IMG/VR virus record: IMGVR_UViG_3300025141_000021
Source: a virus
Direction: 5' to 3' (one strand)
Length of the DNA: 64,000 nt
Shown: positions 37,341 through 46,491 of the stretch, in pieces
Layout of the letters: every line of letters begins with the position of its first letter
Numbering within the stretch: the first letter of the stretch is position 1
Made by a program: the position numbers and the translations under genes
The notes under the pieces: model-generated
Seen by the model: only the letters and a program-made list of their open reading frames with translations
Database searches by the model: none
Told to the model about the DNA's origin: nothing

Positions 37341-38506
37341 ACGTTTGGGTTTCCAAGCATTATTTTTAGTTCGTCTTTGCGGCCGGATACGCTTCTGGTA
37401 TACCAGCCATTGTATTCTGAATATTTCTCTTCTGGATGATCGCCAAGCCAATTAATTGGTTTGTTAGACCCAAGGACCTTTTGAACTGTTTCTGGATCAC
37501 CAACAAAAGGAACGCCATATCTCGTAATCATGATGTGTGCAATTGCTTTTGACATTTCTGCGTAATATCCGGGCTCATATAATAATTCTGCAGTTTTTTC
37601 TAGATACGCAGTTTTCGCACTTTTAGAGCCATCATGTCCAGAACCAGTCAATTTGACGCCATGGGGAGTTTTTTTACCAAATCGAACAGCGTCAGGGTCT
37701 GGATCGTCATCAACATCTGTGGCTATCCATTCATCATGATCAGCCGGTACATCTGAAGCTTTTTTGAAATCAAAATGGCCTCCTATTTTTGAATAGGCCG
37801 TATCAATAAGACCATATATTTCATCCGTTAAATCGACATTTTTTGGGTCATATTCAAAATCTCCTGTTGGAATGTCGACCCACTTATTCTTTGGAGCTTC
37901 ATAGTCAGCAAAAACTTTTTCGCTCAAATCGATATTTTCTGATAATTCTTGACCCAAAGATCTCATGGTTGCTTTCTTGACTATTCCTGATTTTCCAATA
38001 GCAGCTGCAGCGGTACCCAAATTTAAATCACCAGCGCTGCGATCAGTTCCAGCAGAGCCGGCAACAGTTCGGTCATTAAAAATTGTTTTTAATTCATTTT
38101 CAAGCCAGTCATTGATATTCCAACCAGCTGGAATTTGTTCATTCGGTGACTGCTTTGATATTAAATCAGACAGGCGATTAAGTAGTGTATTTTCAACTCT
38201 GTCATCAATTAATTTAGAATATTCATCATCAACGTTAAACATATCTAAAAATGGAAATTTATCAGTTTTCTGATCCGGTAATTTGCCAACATTCTTTATA
38301 AGGCCTTTAATACCGCCAGCCGCCCTGATAAAATCTACAATTGCGTTACCACCGAGAAGTCGACTAGCTATCCCCGCAACTTCTGAGCCCTTTTTTGCTA
38401 GCAAAACTGTGTCTAAAACCTTTTTTAGCTCGCCCCAGGTGTCTTCGGTTATAATTTCTTCTTGATAGCCACGCCAATTCTCCATTAACACTTTCATATC
38501 AGACAT
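37337..38506 (-). CDS. Two-domain hypothetical protein with ENW leader
   Basis: MSDMKVLMENWRGYQEEIITE; late motif at 38527-38534. Confidence 0.7.
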   Translation of the reverse strand: MSDMKVLMENWRGYQEEIITEDTWGELKKVLDTVLLAKKGSEVAGIASRLLGGNAIVDFIRAAGGIKGLIKNVGKLPDQKTDKFPFLDMFNVDDEYSKLIDDRVENTLLNRLSDLISKQSPNEQIPAGWNINDWLENELKTIFNDRTVAGSAGTDRSAGDLNLGTAAAAIGKSGIVKKATMRSLGQELSENIDLSEKVFADYEAPKNKWVDIPTGDFEYDPKNVDLTDEIYGLIDTAYSKIGGHFDFKKASDVPADHDEWIATDVDDDPDPDAVRFGKKTPHGVKLTGSGHDGSKSAKTAYLEKTAELLYEPGYYAEMSKAIAHIMITRYGVPFVGDPETVQKVLGSNKPINWLGDHPEEKYSEYNGWYTRSVSGRKDELKIMLGNPNV

Positions 38507-38529
38507 ATGTGAAACCCCTATACGTATAA

Positions 38530-39501
38530 TTAGTCTTTATTCTTGCTCTCAACCACAATTCTTTTCATCGTTGAAAACAAATCTTCAAGACCGGTTTCCG
38601 CGAATCCGTCTTCAATTATCATTGTCCGAGTACGAGTTAAATTAAATTCTGGAATAAAATTCTTAATGGTGGACTTTATCTTTCTTTTTCCCTGTACAGA
38701 AATTGATGGAGCGTACAATTGCATCATTTTATAGTTACTCTTGACCACATCTTCATTTTCCAGAATGCTGTCATAAACTTTTAGATTGCTGTCAGCTTTT
38801 TCACACTGATCTAAAATTTCAGTTATTGTATATGACTTTTCCTCCGCTAAAAACGGAAATCTTTTAGCTACAGTTGCAAGGCCAACTCCACCAACCCCTT
38901 GTAGATTATCAGACTTATCGCCAACGATAGCTCTTGCCAGTGCAAAATTGTTTGGATGAATCTTATACTTCTTAACAATGTCATTTGAATTTAATACCTC
39001 TTTTTGAATTGGACGGAATAAAACCGTATTCCCGTCACATAATTGTAAAAAATCTTTATCGCTTGAAACGATAACCCTTTGCCATTCTTCATATCGCGGG
39101 TTTTGTACAACTTGAGCGATAATATCATCGGCCTCGACCGCTGCAAGCATAAGCTGGATAACTGCCAAATTATTCAGATATTCAGCCAGTCTTGTTTGTT
39201 GCCAAACCTTATTTTCAATCTCTTCGTTCTCGGTTAGGTTTCGAATATCTCTATTCAGTCTGATCGGGTTTCTTCCAGCTTTGTAATTCTTATTTACCAA
39301 CTTTCTCTTGCGAGAGCCGCCTTCCCCGTCCCAACATACAATAATTTCATCCGGATGAGTCTCTCGACAAAGTTTTTGAAGAATCTTTAAAAACCCGACC
39401 ATGCCACCAATTGGCTGACCATTAGTCGATAAAGTTGGGTTGACGATATATGCTCTGTAATACATATTCAAAGCATCGATTACTAGTAGTCTTTTAGCCA
39501 T
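38530..39501 (-). CDS. 5'-3' exonuclease / flap endonuclease (T4 RNase H-like)
   Basis: LLVIDALN, VCWDG, EADDII, SSDKDFLQ and GDKSDNLQGVGGVG. Confidence 0.92.
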   Translation of the reverse strand: MAKRLLVIDALNMYYRAYIVNPTLSTNGQPIGGMVGFLKILQKLCRETHPDEIIVCWDGEGGSRKRKLVNKNYKAGRNPIRLNRDIRNLTENEEIENKVWQQTRLAEYLNNLAVIQLMLAAVEADDIIAQVVQNPRYEEWQRVIVSSDKDFLQLCDGNTVLFRPIQKEVLNSNDIVKKYKIHPNNFALARAIVGDKSDNLQGVGGVGLATVAKRFPFLAEEKSYTITEILDQCEKADSNLKVYDSILENEDVVKSNYKMMQLYAPSISVQGKRKIKSTIKNFIPEFNLTRTRTMIIEDGFAETGLEDLFSTMKRIVVESKNKD

Positions 39502-39673
39502 GCAGTAGTCCTAATTCTTTTCCGCGGCATGCAGCAGCAGATTCATTTATATATTTCTTTTTTCGCCACTCAATAATATAAAGCAGCTCATTCTCTATTT
39601 TTAATGTCGAAACGATCTGGCCGGCTCTTCCGGATCGGTGTACTACTTTATCACCGATCCTTAGTTTTGCCAT
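39494..39673 (-). CDS. 59-aa small protein (KOW/SH3-like)
   Basis: Manual translation MAKLRIGDKVVHRSGRAGQIV...; fills the intergenic gap. Confidence 0.5.
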   Translation of the reverse strand: MAKLRIGDKVVHRSGRAGQIVSTLKIENELLYIIEWRKKKYINESAAACRGKELGLLHG

Positions 39674-40118
39674 GTCCTTCTACCGCTGCTAGCATAGCAA
39701 CTAGTGCATCATTGTCATTCATTCGATGATCTTCTCCGGTTTTGATTAGCCTAGCCTTGTTTAGTGTTGATAGTAATACACTGTCATCGTATGGTATAAC
39801 ATCGTCATTTTCTGAGTGTAAAATGGTCGAATTTCTGGCAATTTTAGCGCTGTTGCCATATTTGTTCCATGCGGGAGCTATTAGAACTAGGCGGGCGCCT
39901 CTGGGGTCAATTCCCATCGCCACTGCACCGCCGCGGCTGGATCCAACAATCACATCGGGTATATGGTCGTCAATAGTAGCTTGTGCGACGAATAACGATT
40001 CTTGAAAATCATTATTTGGAAGTTCGGGCTCATAAACTTCATGGCCTGCACTTTGTAAATATTTTGGCTTATCACCACCTGGTTTGGATTCCAATCCATG
40101 TAAAAAAATTATTTTCAT
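39651..40118 (-). CDS. Alpha/beta hydrolase (YqiA-like esterase)
   Basis: FLHGLES, GSSRGG nucleophile elbow, D and H downstream. Confidence 0.85.
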   Translation of the reverse strand: MKIIFLHGLESKPGGDKPKYLQSAGHEVYEPELPNNDFQESLFVAQATIDDHIPDVIVGSSRGGAVAMGIDPRGARLVLIAPAWNKYGNSAKIARNSTILHSENDDVIPYDDSVLLSTLNKARLIKTGEDHRMNDNDALVAMLAAVEGHGKTKDR

Positions 40119-40519
40119 GCTATCTCTTTCTCAAGTTTAAATGTCTCAATTGTTCCTTTTGAAGTTGTATATGTTACCTTTTTAACACCACAATGTATTA
40201 GTGCAGCTTCACACATAGAACACGGTTTGCTCATACGAGCGTTGCCCTCGTTGTTAATCCTGGCGACATATACAGTTGAGCCTTGCGTCACACTTCTGTC
40301 CAAACCAAGAATTACACCAAGCTCTGCGTGAAGTGTCGGGTTTCCTTGGTCATTCCTTCTAAATCGACAGCCAAAGCCGCAATATCGATCTTTGTTACTT
40401 GAAACGTTTCTTACTGAACTGCCCTTAACCAAAACTGCACCGTGTCTAAATTTTCCATAATTAGATTGCATTGCAATTGTCTTTGCTAGTGAAATGTATT
40501 TGTTTGCTTTTCTAGACAT
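40115..40519 (-). CDS. Zn-dependent cytidine/dCMP deaminase family
   Basis: HAE...KPCSMC. Confidence 0.88.
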   Translation of the reverse strand: MSRKANKYISLAKTIAMQSNYGKFRHGAVLVKGSSVRNVSSNKDRYCGFGCRFRRNDQGNPTLHAELGVILGLDRSVTQGSTVYVARINNEGNARMSKPCSMCEAALIHCGVKKVTYTTSKGTIETFKLEKEIA

Positions 40520-40526
40520 TATAAGT

Positions 40527-40571
40527 GACAGCCCCTATTCTAAGTTTACTAGAATAGGGGCTGTCTGTCAA
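40527..40571 (-). promoter_or_regulatory. Sigma70-like promoter embedded in a perfect 16-bp inverted repeat
   Basis: gacagcccctattcta-agtttac-tagaataggggctgtc; TTGACA (40571-40566), 17 nt spacer, TAAACT in the loop. Confidence 0.6.
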
Positions 40572-40587
40572 GAAAAAACTGAAACTT

Positions 40588-40845
40588 TTACCTTCTCGGG
40601 GCTCTATGGTTATGTCTAGTGTGGCTCCTATGTCGAGTATTGATATACCTTGTGCGAGGATGAAAATGCACACGATAATATCTCACGTGATTATGACGCT
40701 TGTTGCAATAAGAAAAGTGATAGCAAACGTGATTTTTTAATATTTCAACCGGTAACCGGTTGGCATGCGTTGCACATGCGTTTGCCGCAACAGGAGCTAG
40801 CGTCAAAAACGCCAATATAACACCAAGAGAAGTCAAGTACTTCAT
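40588..40845 (-). CDS. Secreted His/Arg-rich small protein
   Basis: Signal peptide ending APVAANA; basic His-rich tail. Confidence 0.55.
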   Translation of the reverse strand: MKYLTSLGVILAFLTLAPVAANACATHANRLPVEILKNHVCYHFSYCNKRHNHVRYYRVHFHPRTRYINTRHRSHTRHNHRAPRR

Positions 40846-40866
40846 AAAATTTCCTCTCTACACTAA

Positions 40867-42009
40867 TTATAAACTTGATGTAGAATTTTGTAAAGTTTCT
40901 TCTTCATCTAAATTATAAAATTCCGAAGCTTCTCCTTGTCGTTTGTCAAACCTCATAACAATTTCCTGTTCCATCAATTGCAAAACCCTATTTCGAAACT
41001 TTTCATCTTTCAGCATGTTAAGCCACTTGGATGCCTGAAATTTAATTTCTTCACCGTCTTCATGAACCAGCGAAAACCATGCACCAGCTTGCTTAATTTG
41101 GTCAGAAGACTTAATCGCTTCAAACCAGCTTAATTCATCCTGAATGCCAATTTCGTCACCCCACATAATCTTAAAGCTACATTGTCTACCTTCGGTACCA
41201 AATCGACTTTTCTTAAGTGTTGCTTTAACCTCTGATCCGATTCTAAACCCTTGATCGTCCGTGATAAAGCTTGCCTTAGCTTTCCTGCCGGTAAGCCACA
41301 CTCGCAATGAGTAGGCATAGATCATAGCCTTGCCACCAGGGGTCATATAAGGCTCTACAAGCGCCTGTGAGGGACTTCTGGTGATGTTCGTCTTGAGTTG
41401 GTTGAGTACTAGGAAAGTGCTCTTAGAATTGGCTATAGGCACTGTTAGCTTAGACATACCTTTTGCCAAAATTCTTGCCTTGACTGCCATAGATGAGAGG
41501 GGATTGAAATCACCCTCAATATCTGAGACTGCTGGCGTAAGTGCCAGCGAATCCCAAATAAAAAGCATCTGGTTATCGTTGGAACCCAACAGCTCTTCAA
41601 TTGTTTCTAAAACAAACTCAACAGAAGTTGCTTGAATATAAAGCAGACTATTAAGATCGCAGCCTGTGCGTTCTAAAAAAGTTGGGTCAATCGCAGATTC
41701 GGAATCGAAGTAAAATACATCAATTCCCATCTTTTGAGCATTTGCGGCAACCTGTGCAGCCATAAAAGACTTTCCGGAAGATTCCAGACCAGCAATCTCA
41801 ATGATTTTTCCAACAGGTATGCCCGCTCGATAACCACGACAAATAATTGAATCTAGCCAGCGAGAGCCAGTTGGGATCCATTCTTTAACCGCGGTTGGAT
41901 TATCATCTTTTAAACTATGAGCGACAGTCATGCCAGCTTTCTTATTAATAAGCTGACGCATCTGATCAATCGATAGCTTGCCAGCCTTAACTTTCTTTGC
42001 CCGGGCCAT
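40867..42009 (-). CDS. recA: RecA/UvsX recombinase
   Basis: Walker A GLESSGKS, FIWDS, NQLK and TPGGKA; start MARAKK at 42009. Confidence 0.92.
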   Translation of the reverse strand: MARAKKVKAGKLSIDQMRQLINKKAGMTVAHSLKDDNPTAVKEWIPTGSRWLDSIICRGYRAGIPVGKIIEIAGLESSGKSFMAAQVAANAQKMGIDVFYFDSESAIDPTFLERTGCDLNSLLYIQATSVEFVLETIEELLGSNDNQMLFIWDSLALTPAVSDIEGDFNPLSSMAVKARILAKGMSKLTVPIANSKSTFLVLNQLKTNITRSPSQALVEPYMTPGGKAMIYAYSLRVWLTGRKAKASFITDDQGFRIGSEVKATLKKSRFGTEGRQCSFKIMWGDEIGIQDELSWFEAIKSSDQIKQAGAWFSLVHEDGEEIKFQASKWLNMLKDEKFRNRVLQLMEQEIVMRFDKRQGEASEFYNLDEEETLQNSTSSL

Positions 42010-42010
42010 C

Positions 42011-42565
42011 TTAGTCTCCCCTCTCTGCGATATCGAGGGCGCGCTGTTCCATGGTATTAAGGGCTTCAAGGGCCCTGCGTTCATCGAGCAGTTCAAATCG
42101 ATACTTCTCACCAAGCCTTATCTTTCTTAAGGCATCCGGATGACGTGCTGCGATACTACGCAGTCGCGACGTTAGAGACCCCTTTTTACGATTCCAGCGA
42201 GCGCAAAGCTCACGAGGGGCAAAAAACCGCTTTCCCAAAAGATCTAGCGGCATATTCTCACCAATATGGGTAGCTAGTTGCGATTCCCTCACAACCAAAT
42301 GACCATTAGAACCTGGAAAGAGATCAATATCGCCATTAACGACCCGGGTGGATCGGGGAGAAATGGAATATCCAAAAACTTCTAGAATTTTTGATACTGA
42401 TATCTCCCTATCTTCGAATACTTCAGGCGTATCTTCCATTTCCATGGTTACCGTAGCAATGTTTTCAATTTCTGGTTCCAAGGGGGTGTCTTTCCCCAGT
42501 GCTAGCAAAAGTATTTCATTCTGCATCTTAATCAGTTCTATAATTTTTTCTTTTTCTATATTCAT
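42011..42565 (-). CDS. Hypothetical protein, possible C-terminal HTH
   Basis: FAPRELCARWNRKKGSL pattern. Confidence 0.55.
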   Translation of the reverse strand: MNIEKEKIIELIKMQNEILLLALGKDTPLEPEIENIATVTMEMEDTPEVFEDREISVSKILEVFGYSISPRSTRVVNGDIDLFPGSNGHLVVRESQLATHIGENMPLDLLGKRFFAPRELCARWNRKKGSLTSRLRSIAARHPDALRKIRLGEKYRFELLDERRALEALNTMEQRALDIAERGD

Positions 42566-42567
42566 TT

Positions 42568-43863
42568 TTATTCGCCTCTCTTTCCTACAGTGTGGTTATC
42601 AATAAACTTGAGTTTTGTTCCAGACGTATAATTCTGTTGCAACAGCTTCAATACACTGTTTGCAAACTTCTCAATTTCAGCTTTAGAGTGCTGACCAGCA
42701 ATAAGCTCCATAATATTATAATAATCAGACCAATCTACTACTTGCGACTTTTCAAAGCCTTCTGCGCTGTTCAGCTTAGTCTTATAATTCTTTGCGGTTT
42801 CGAAAATATCCTTAGTTGAATACACAAAGCTTTCAAGCCCAACATCGTTAATATACTTGGTCAGTTGAGTATCATCCCACTTAAGTGCAACTAGGGCGAG
42901 AAGCATCTTGAAAAAGGTCTTTGAATATCTTTCAGTTTTGCTCAATGTTAGCGTTCCACTATTATTCAGACTATACAAGTCAATAAGCGCATCCTTAAGA
43001 TTTTTAAAAATCTTATTAAAATTCTTATCTTTTGAAATATCGTTTCCATTGTCCATGACGCCGTTAACGATAAAAAGGCCGGCCCTGCCGTAATATACCT
43101 GTAGAGGTCTGCTGTCCAACAAACATTGGATAACGTTTGCGGCGAACAAATTCATGTCACGCTTCATGTTGTTCAACTTCGTAATATTGCTAAGGGGGTC
43201 TTTGCTATTACTAGAAATTGAGAAAAGTGAACAAACCTTCTGTGCAAAGTCGTTCCCACCGCTAGGGTCGCCCAAAGTGTGGATGAAATCACCATATTGA
43301 AGCGGCATGTGGTTTTGAAGTCTCAAAAACCACCTAATCTTTTCTTCAACTGTAAGTACTTGCTCGTGTGTTACAACGGTGTGCCTTTCAAACTGCCTTT
43401 GTGCAGTCTTTGGCAGATCCGAAAAATAAAACATATTCGGAGCCTTTCCAGAATCAAAGGCTTCTACGATTTTTCGCAACTTCTTGCTACGTTCACTCGA
43501 TGTGTTGGTATTGTTGATTTCTTCTAAGTAATCCTTGCGATACATATCATATATCATCTTGGAATACTTCTTCGAAACATGCACCTGATCCACGATAAAC
43601 TTATAGCCAGTCAAAAACCTTTGCTGGCCATCCTCTATCTCAGATTCGTGAATTGGTGTCTTTTGGCTGTCGGTTCCCTTAACATCGTTAAGAAACAAGA
43701 TGCCATAGAATTTACCACATAAAATGTCAAAAATTAATTCATCAATGAAATTTTGTTTGGTGCCCCACACATATTCTCTCTGGTGTGGGGGGATGGTTAA
43801 TGCACCATCATTGTATTCGCTAACTAGATCTCTAAAAGATCTATGTGTAAAATTAAAACTCAT
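42568..43863 (-). CDS. DUF262 (ParB-like, GmrS/SspE-type) domain protein
   Basis: IPPHQREYVW and EIEDGQQRF motifs. Confidence 0.8.
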   Translation of the reverse strand: MSFNFTHRSFRDLVSEYNDGALTIPPHQREYVWGTKQNFIDELIFDILCGKFYGILFLNDVKGTDSQKTPIHESEIEDGQQRFLTGYKFIVDQVHVSKKYSKMIYDMYRKDYLEEINNTNTSSERSKKLRKIVEAFDSGKAPNMFYFSDLPKTAQRQFERHTVVTHEQVLTVEEKIRWFLRLQNHMPLQYGDFIHTLGDPSGGNDFAQKVCSLFSISSNSKDPLSNITKLNNMKRDMNLFAANVIQCLLDSRPLQVYYGRAGLFIVNGVMDNGNDISKDKNFNKIFKNLKDALIDLYSLNNSGTLTLSKTERYSKTFFKMLLALVALKWDDTQLTKYINDVGLESFVYSTKDIFETAKNYKTKLNSAEGFEKSQVVDWSDYYNIMELIAGQHSKAEIEKFANSVLKLLQQNYTSGTKLKFIDNHTVGKRGE

Positions 43864-43935
43864 TTTGTACCTCCTTAAATTAATGGTGGCCTTACACGCG
43901 CCTAATTTGCTAACGTGTCTTGCCTAATAAGTTTA

Positions 43936-43962
43936 GTGAGACACCTGATAACCCTGTGCCTC
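43936..43962. repeat. 27-bp direct repeat/hairpin, copy 1
   Basis: gtgagacacctgataaccctgtgcctc; one mismatch to 44454-44480. Confidence 0.85.
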
Positions 43963-43980
43963 TCCCGTGGATAATAATAT

Positions 43981-44430
43981 TTATTTGAAGCTTATAAGCT
44001 CAATTTCAAAATTTAAATTCTTCCCCGCCATTGGGTGGTTAAAATCCAGTACAACAGTGTCTTCGCCTACTGAATCAATTCTCGCGACGGCTTGCTCTCC
44101 CACGGCGCTTTGTCCCTGCACCATGGCTCCTACCTCAAAATCAAAATCTGGAGGGAAGGCTGTTTGCGGAATAGGGTGAAAAAGTTCTGCGTCGGGTTCT
44201 CCATAAGCCTCTTCGGGGGTCAACTTAATTGTCTTCGTTTCTCCGACAGCCATTCCCTTCAAGGCCGAATCAAATCCGGCAATTAGCTCTCCAGAACCAA
44301 CCTTGAAGGATAGCTCTTCTCCGCGGATACGGGAACTATCAAATTCGGTACCATCATCAAATGTTCCGACGTAGTGAATATTCACTCTCGTTCCCTTTCT
44401 CGCTTTTCTTACTTTACTAGTATTACTCAT
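43981..44430 (-). CDS. FKBP-type peptidyl-prolyl isomerase (SlyD/FkpB-like)
   Basis: IHYVGTFDDGTEFDSS, LIAGF, PEEAYG and DFNHPMAGKNLNFEI. Confidence 0.92.
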   Translation of the reverse strand: MSNTSKVRKARKGTRVNIHYVGTFDDGTEFDSSRIRGEELSFKVGSGELIAGFDSALKGMAVGETKTIKLTPEEAYGEPDAELFHPIPQTAFPPDFDFEVGAMVQGQSAVGEQAVARIDSVGEDTVVLDFNHPMAGKNLNFEIELISFK

Positions 44431-44453
44431 GTATTAATTCCATTCTTGTTAAT

Positions 44454-44480
44454 GTGAGGCACCTGATAACCCTGTGCCTC
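44454..44480. repeat. 27-bp direct repeat/hairpin, copy 2
   Basis: gtgaggcacctgataaccctgtgcctc; GAGGCAC/GTGCCTC stem. Confidence 0.85.
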
Positions 44481-44497
44481 CCTGTGGGAGCGGAAAT

Positions 44498-45247
44498 TTA
44501 GCTCATTAGCTGATCGAACGCTTCATCAACCGAAGTGGCAGCCTTGTCTGTATTATACTGAGTAGTCTCAGACGAAGTGCCCTCTGCTGTATCATCGCTA
44601 GCAAGATATTCATCAAGCAGCGTTTCAACATCAGCAGTGGTCTTTCTCTCAAAGAGAGAATCAAAATCTGGAATTGAATCCAGAAGTTCGCTACACTGTT
44701 CTTCAGTGATATTGTCGCAAAGCTCAGAGGGATTGCGACGAGGCTGCAACTTAGTCTGCGGGAACTGAGCGCCTGCAGGCTTTCCATAGTTGAGTATCAA
44801 ATCGGTACCAGCCTCGGTATCGGTGATATCGCCATATTCTGGGTTCAATACAAGATTTAGCAAACTTTCATATGCCATCTTGCCATATCCCCAGACCCGA
44901 ACTCCGGATTCCTCTTCTCCGCGAACAAGAACGGGAGAAAAGAAGCGTTGGCGAGCAAAGAAACTCTTAGCCAGCTTGACGCTCTCGGGAGTGCCCTCTT
45001 GATAAAGCTTGTAAGCAAAATCACAGACTGCACATCGATCTCCAAAATTCTTCTTAGGACATAAAAATCCCGGGTTGTTGCCAACGTTATAATGGAAATA
45101 CTGTTCCTTAAAGGGATCTCCATCTTCTGTGGGAACAATCCTAATTGTCTGTTCACCGTCCTGTGGTCGCCAAAAGGCAGAAGTGCTGCCTCCGCGATTC
45201 TGTGTTGCGGCCAACTTGGCGCGCATCTTCTTCAAATTAATAGCCAT
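44498..45247 (-). CDS. Single-stranded DNA-binding protein (gp32-like)
   Basis: FWRP..GEQTIRIVP, H/C metal motif, acidic C-terminus; TTTACA-16-TATAAT promoter at 45321-45348. Confidence 0.8.
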   Translation of the reverse strand: MAINLKKMRAKLAATQNRGGSTSAFWRPQDGEQTIRIVPTEDGDPFKEQYFHYNVGNNPGFLCPKKNFGDRCAVCDFAYKLYQEGTPESVKLAKSFFARQRFFSPVLVRGEEESGVRVWGYGKMAYESLLNLVLNPEYGDITDTEAGTDLILNYGKPAGAQFPQTKLQPRRNPSELCDNITEEQCSELLDSIPDFDSLFERKTTADVETLLDEYLASDDTAEGTSSETTQYNTDKAATSVDEAFDQLMS

Positions 45248-45334
45248 AATATATTTCCTCCTATATTGTGGGTGGCTACCCTATAGTACATCCAGCAAAT
45301 CTTCCGAATGTCTAGTATCTATTATAATCCTTTT

Positions 45335-46192
45335 TCATAAATTGTAAAGCTGTATTTTGTTAGTATGACATAAAATATATCCCAGGTCGTGTTCATATTC
45401 TGTGGGGTATAGGCCATATAAAACTTTCATATTTTTCTTTAGATTCTCTTCCAGGTTCTTCTTGGCTCTGGCCTTAATTTCTGTAAAAAATTTCCCGTCT
45501 GTTTCAAGCTTCGTTTTGTTTATACCATAATAATACCTCTTTTCGCGAACTAAGTCAAGGTCAAAAAATATTTTTTCTTCACCAGTTTCAACATCAATGA
45601 TTCCTATCGTCGAAATTCGTACTGAGGGGATTGGTTCCGAAAATGTGTCAATAACCGAAGTAGAGTGATTAAAAACATTTATCATGTGAAGCGTCGGTAC
45701 TATCGCATCGTTTATTTTGTCATAATAACCAATTGCGGGCACGTTTTCTAATATTTGTTCAATTTTTGAATTTGACACAAGATAGATTCTGTTAATCATG
45801 GCGGATCTTGCAAATTCTTGTAAAATTCCGCAAGTTACACGTTCTTGCTTCTTTCTAAGATCGCTCAATAATTCATATTCTGGCTGAATGTATAAAACGC
45901 TAATTCTACAATGCCTAATCTGCTCTAATATTCTCAATGATGAGCCGGCGATAGCCCCAGAGCCGCCAACAATAAAAAGAACCTCTTCGTTGATGTCTCC
46001 GAAAAACTCTTTCATGTCTGGGCAGCTTTCTTCATAGGCTTCGTGACTACCTTTTTTTGGAAAGTCGAATGTTTTACTTTTTTCACCAAGTTCTAGACCA
46101 ACATCGATTTTAAAAATCTTATATTGAGAATATTGTGCAAACTTATCGGCAATATTACATCCTGCAGCACCTAGGCCGATTATTGTTCTCAC
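45335..46192 (-). CDS. Divergent tubulin/FtsZ-like GTPase
   Basis: IIGLGAAGCNIA T1 loop; GGSGAIAGS in place of GGGTGSG; YYDKIN. Confidence 0.6.
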   Translation of the reverse strand: MRTIIGLGAAGCNIADKFAQYSQYKIFKIDVGLELGEKSKTFDFPKKGSHEAYEESCPDMKEFFGDINEEVLFIVGGSGAIAGSSLRILEQIRHCRISVLYIQPEYELLSDLRKKQERVTCGILQEFARSAMINRIYLVSNSKIEQILENVPAIGYYDKINDAIVPTLHMINVFNHSTSVIDTFSEPIPSVRISTIGIIDVETGEEKIFFDLDLVREKRYYYGINKTKLETDGKFFTEIKARAKKNLEENLKKNMKVLYGLYPTEYEHDLGYILCHTNKIQLYNL

Positions 46193-46491
46193 TCGTTCTC
46201 CAAAACTTTCTCTAGGATGATCCTCTTATCAAATCTTCCATTAACATATGCTTTCATACCCATTTTATGGCCCGAAAGCCTCATATGTCCCTTAATAGCG
46301 TCTAACACTTCTAGAACATCCGCAAATTCTTCTTCGCTTGGATTATCTAGAAATTCTTGAGCTTCTTCAACCAGCTTCTCTCTGAGCTTTAGATTATACT
46401 CTCTATCATCTGCAATATGATAAGTGCACTTCTTCCCTCTCTCAGTTATAAGCTTGGGGATATTGTCTCTTACAAGTTTGTTGTATTCCAT
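46189..46491 (-). CDS. MazG-like/PRA-PH all-alpha NTP pyrophosphohydrolase
   Basis: NKLVRDNIP...KLVEEAQEF...EEFADVLEV. Confidence 0.85.
   Translation of the reverse strand: MEYNKLVRDNIPKLITERGKKCTYHIADDREYNLKLREKLVEEAQEFLDNPSEEEFADVLEVLDAIKGHMRLSGHKMGMKAYVNGRFDKRIILEKVLENE

Noticed and set aside
27183-42009. Inteins or group I introns in dnaE, nrdJ, helicase or recA
   Set aside because: The ORFs are continuous and of normal length, with no splice motifs or homing endonuclease seen.
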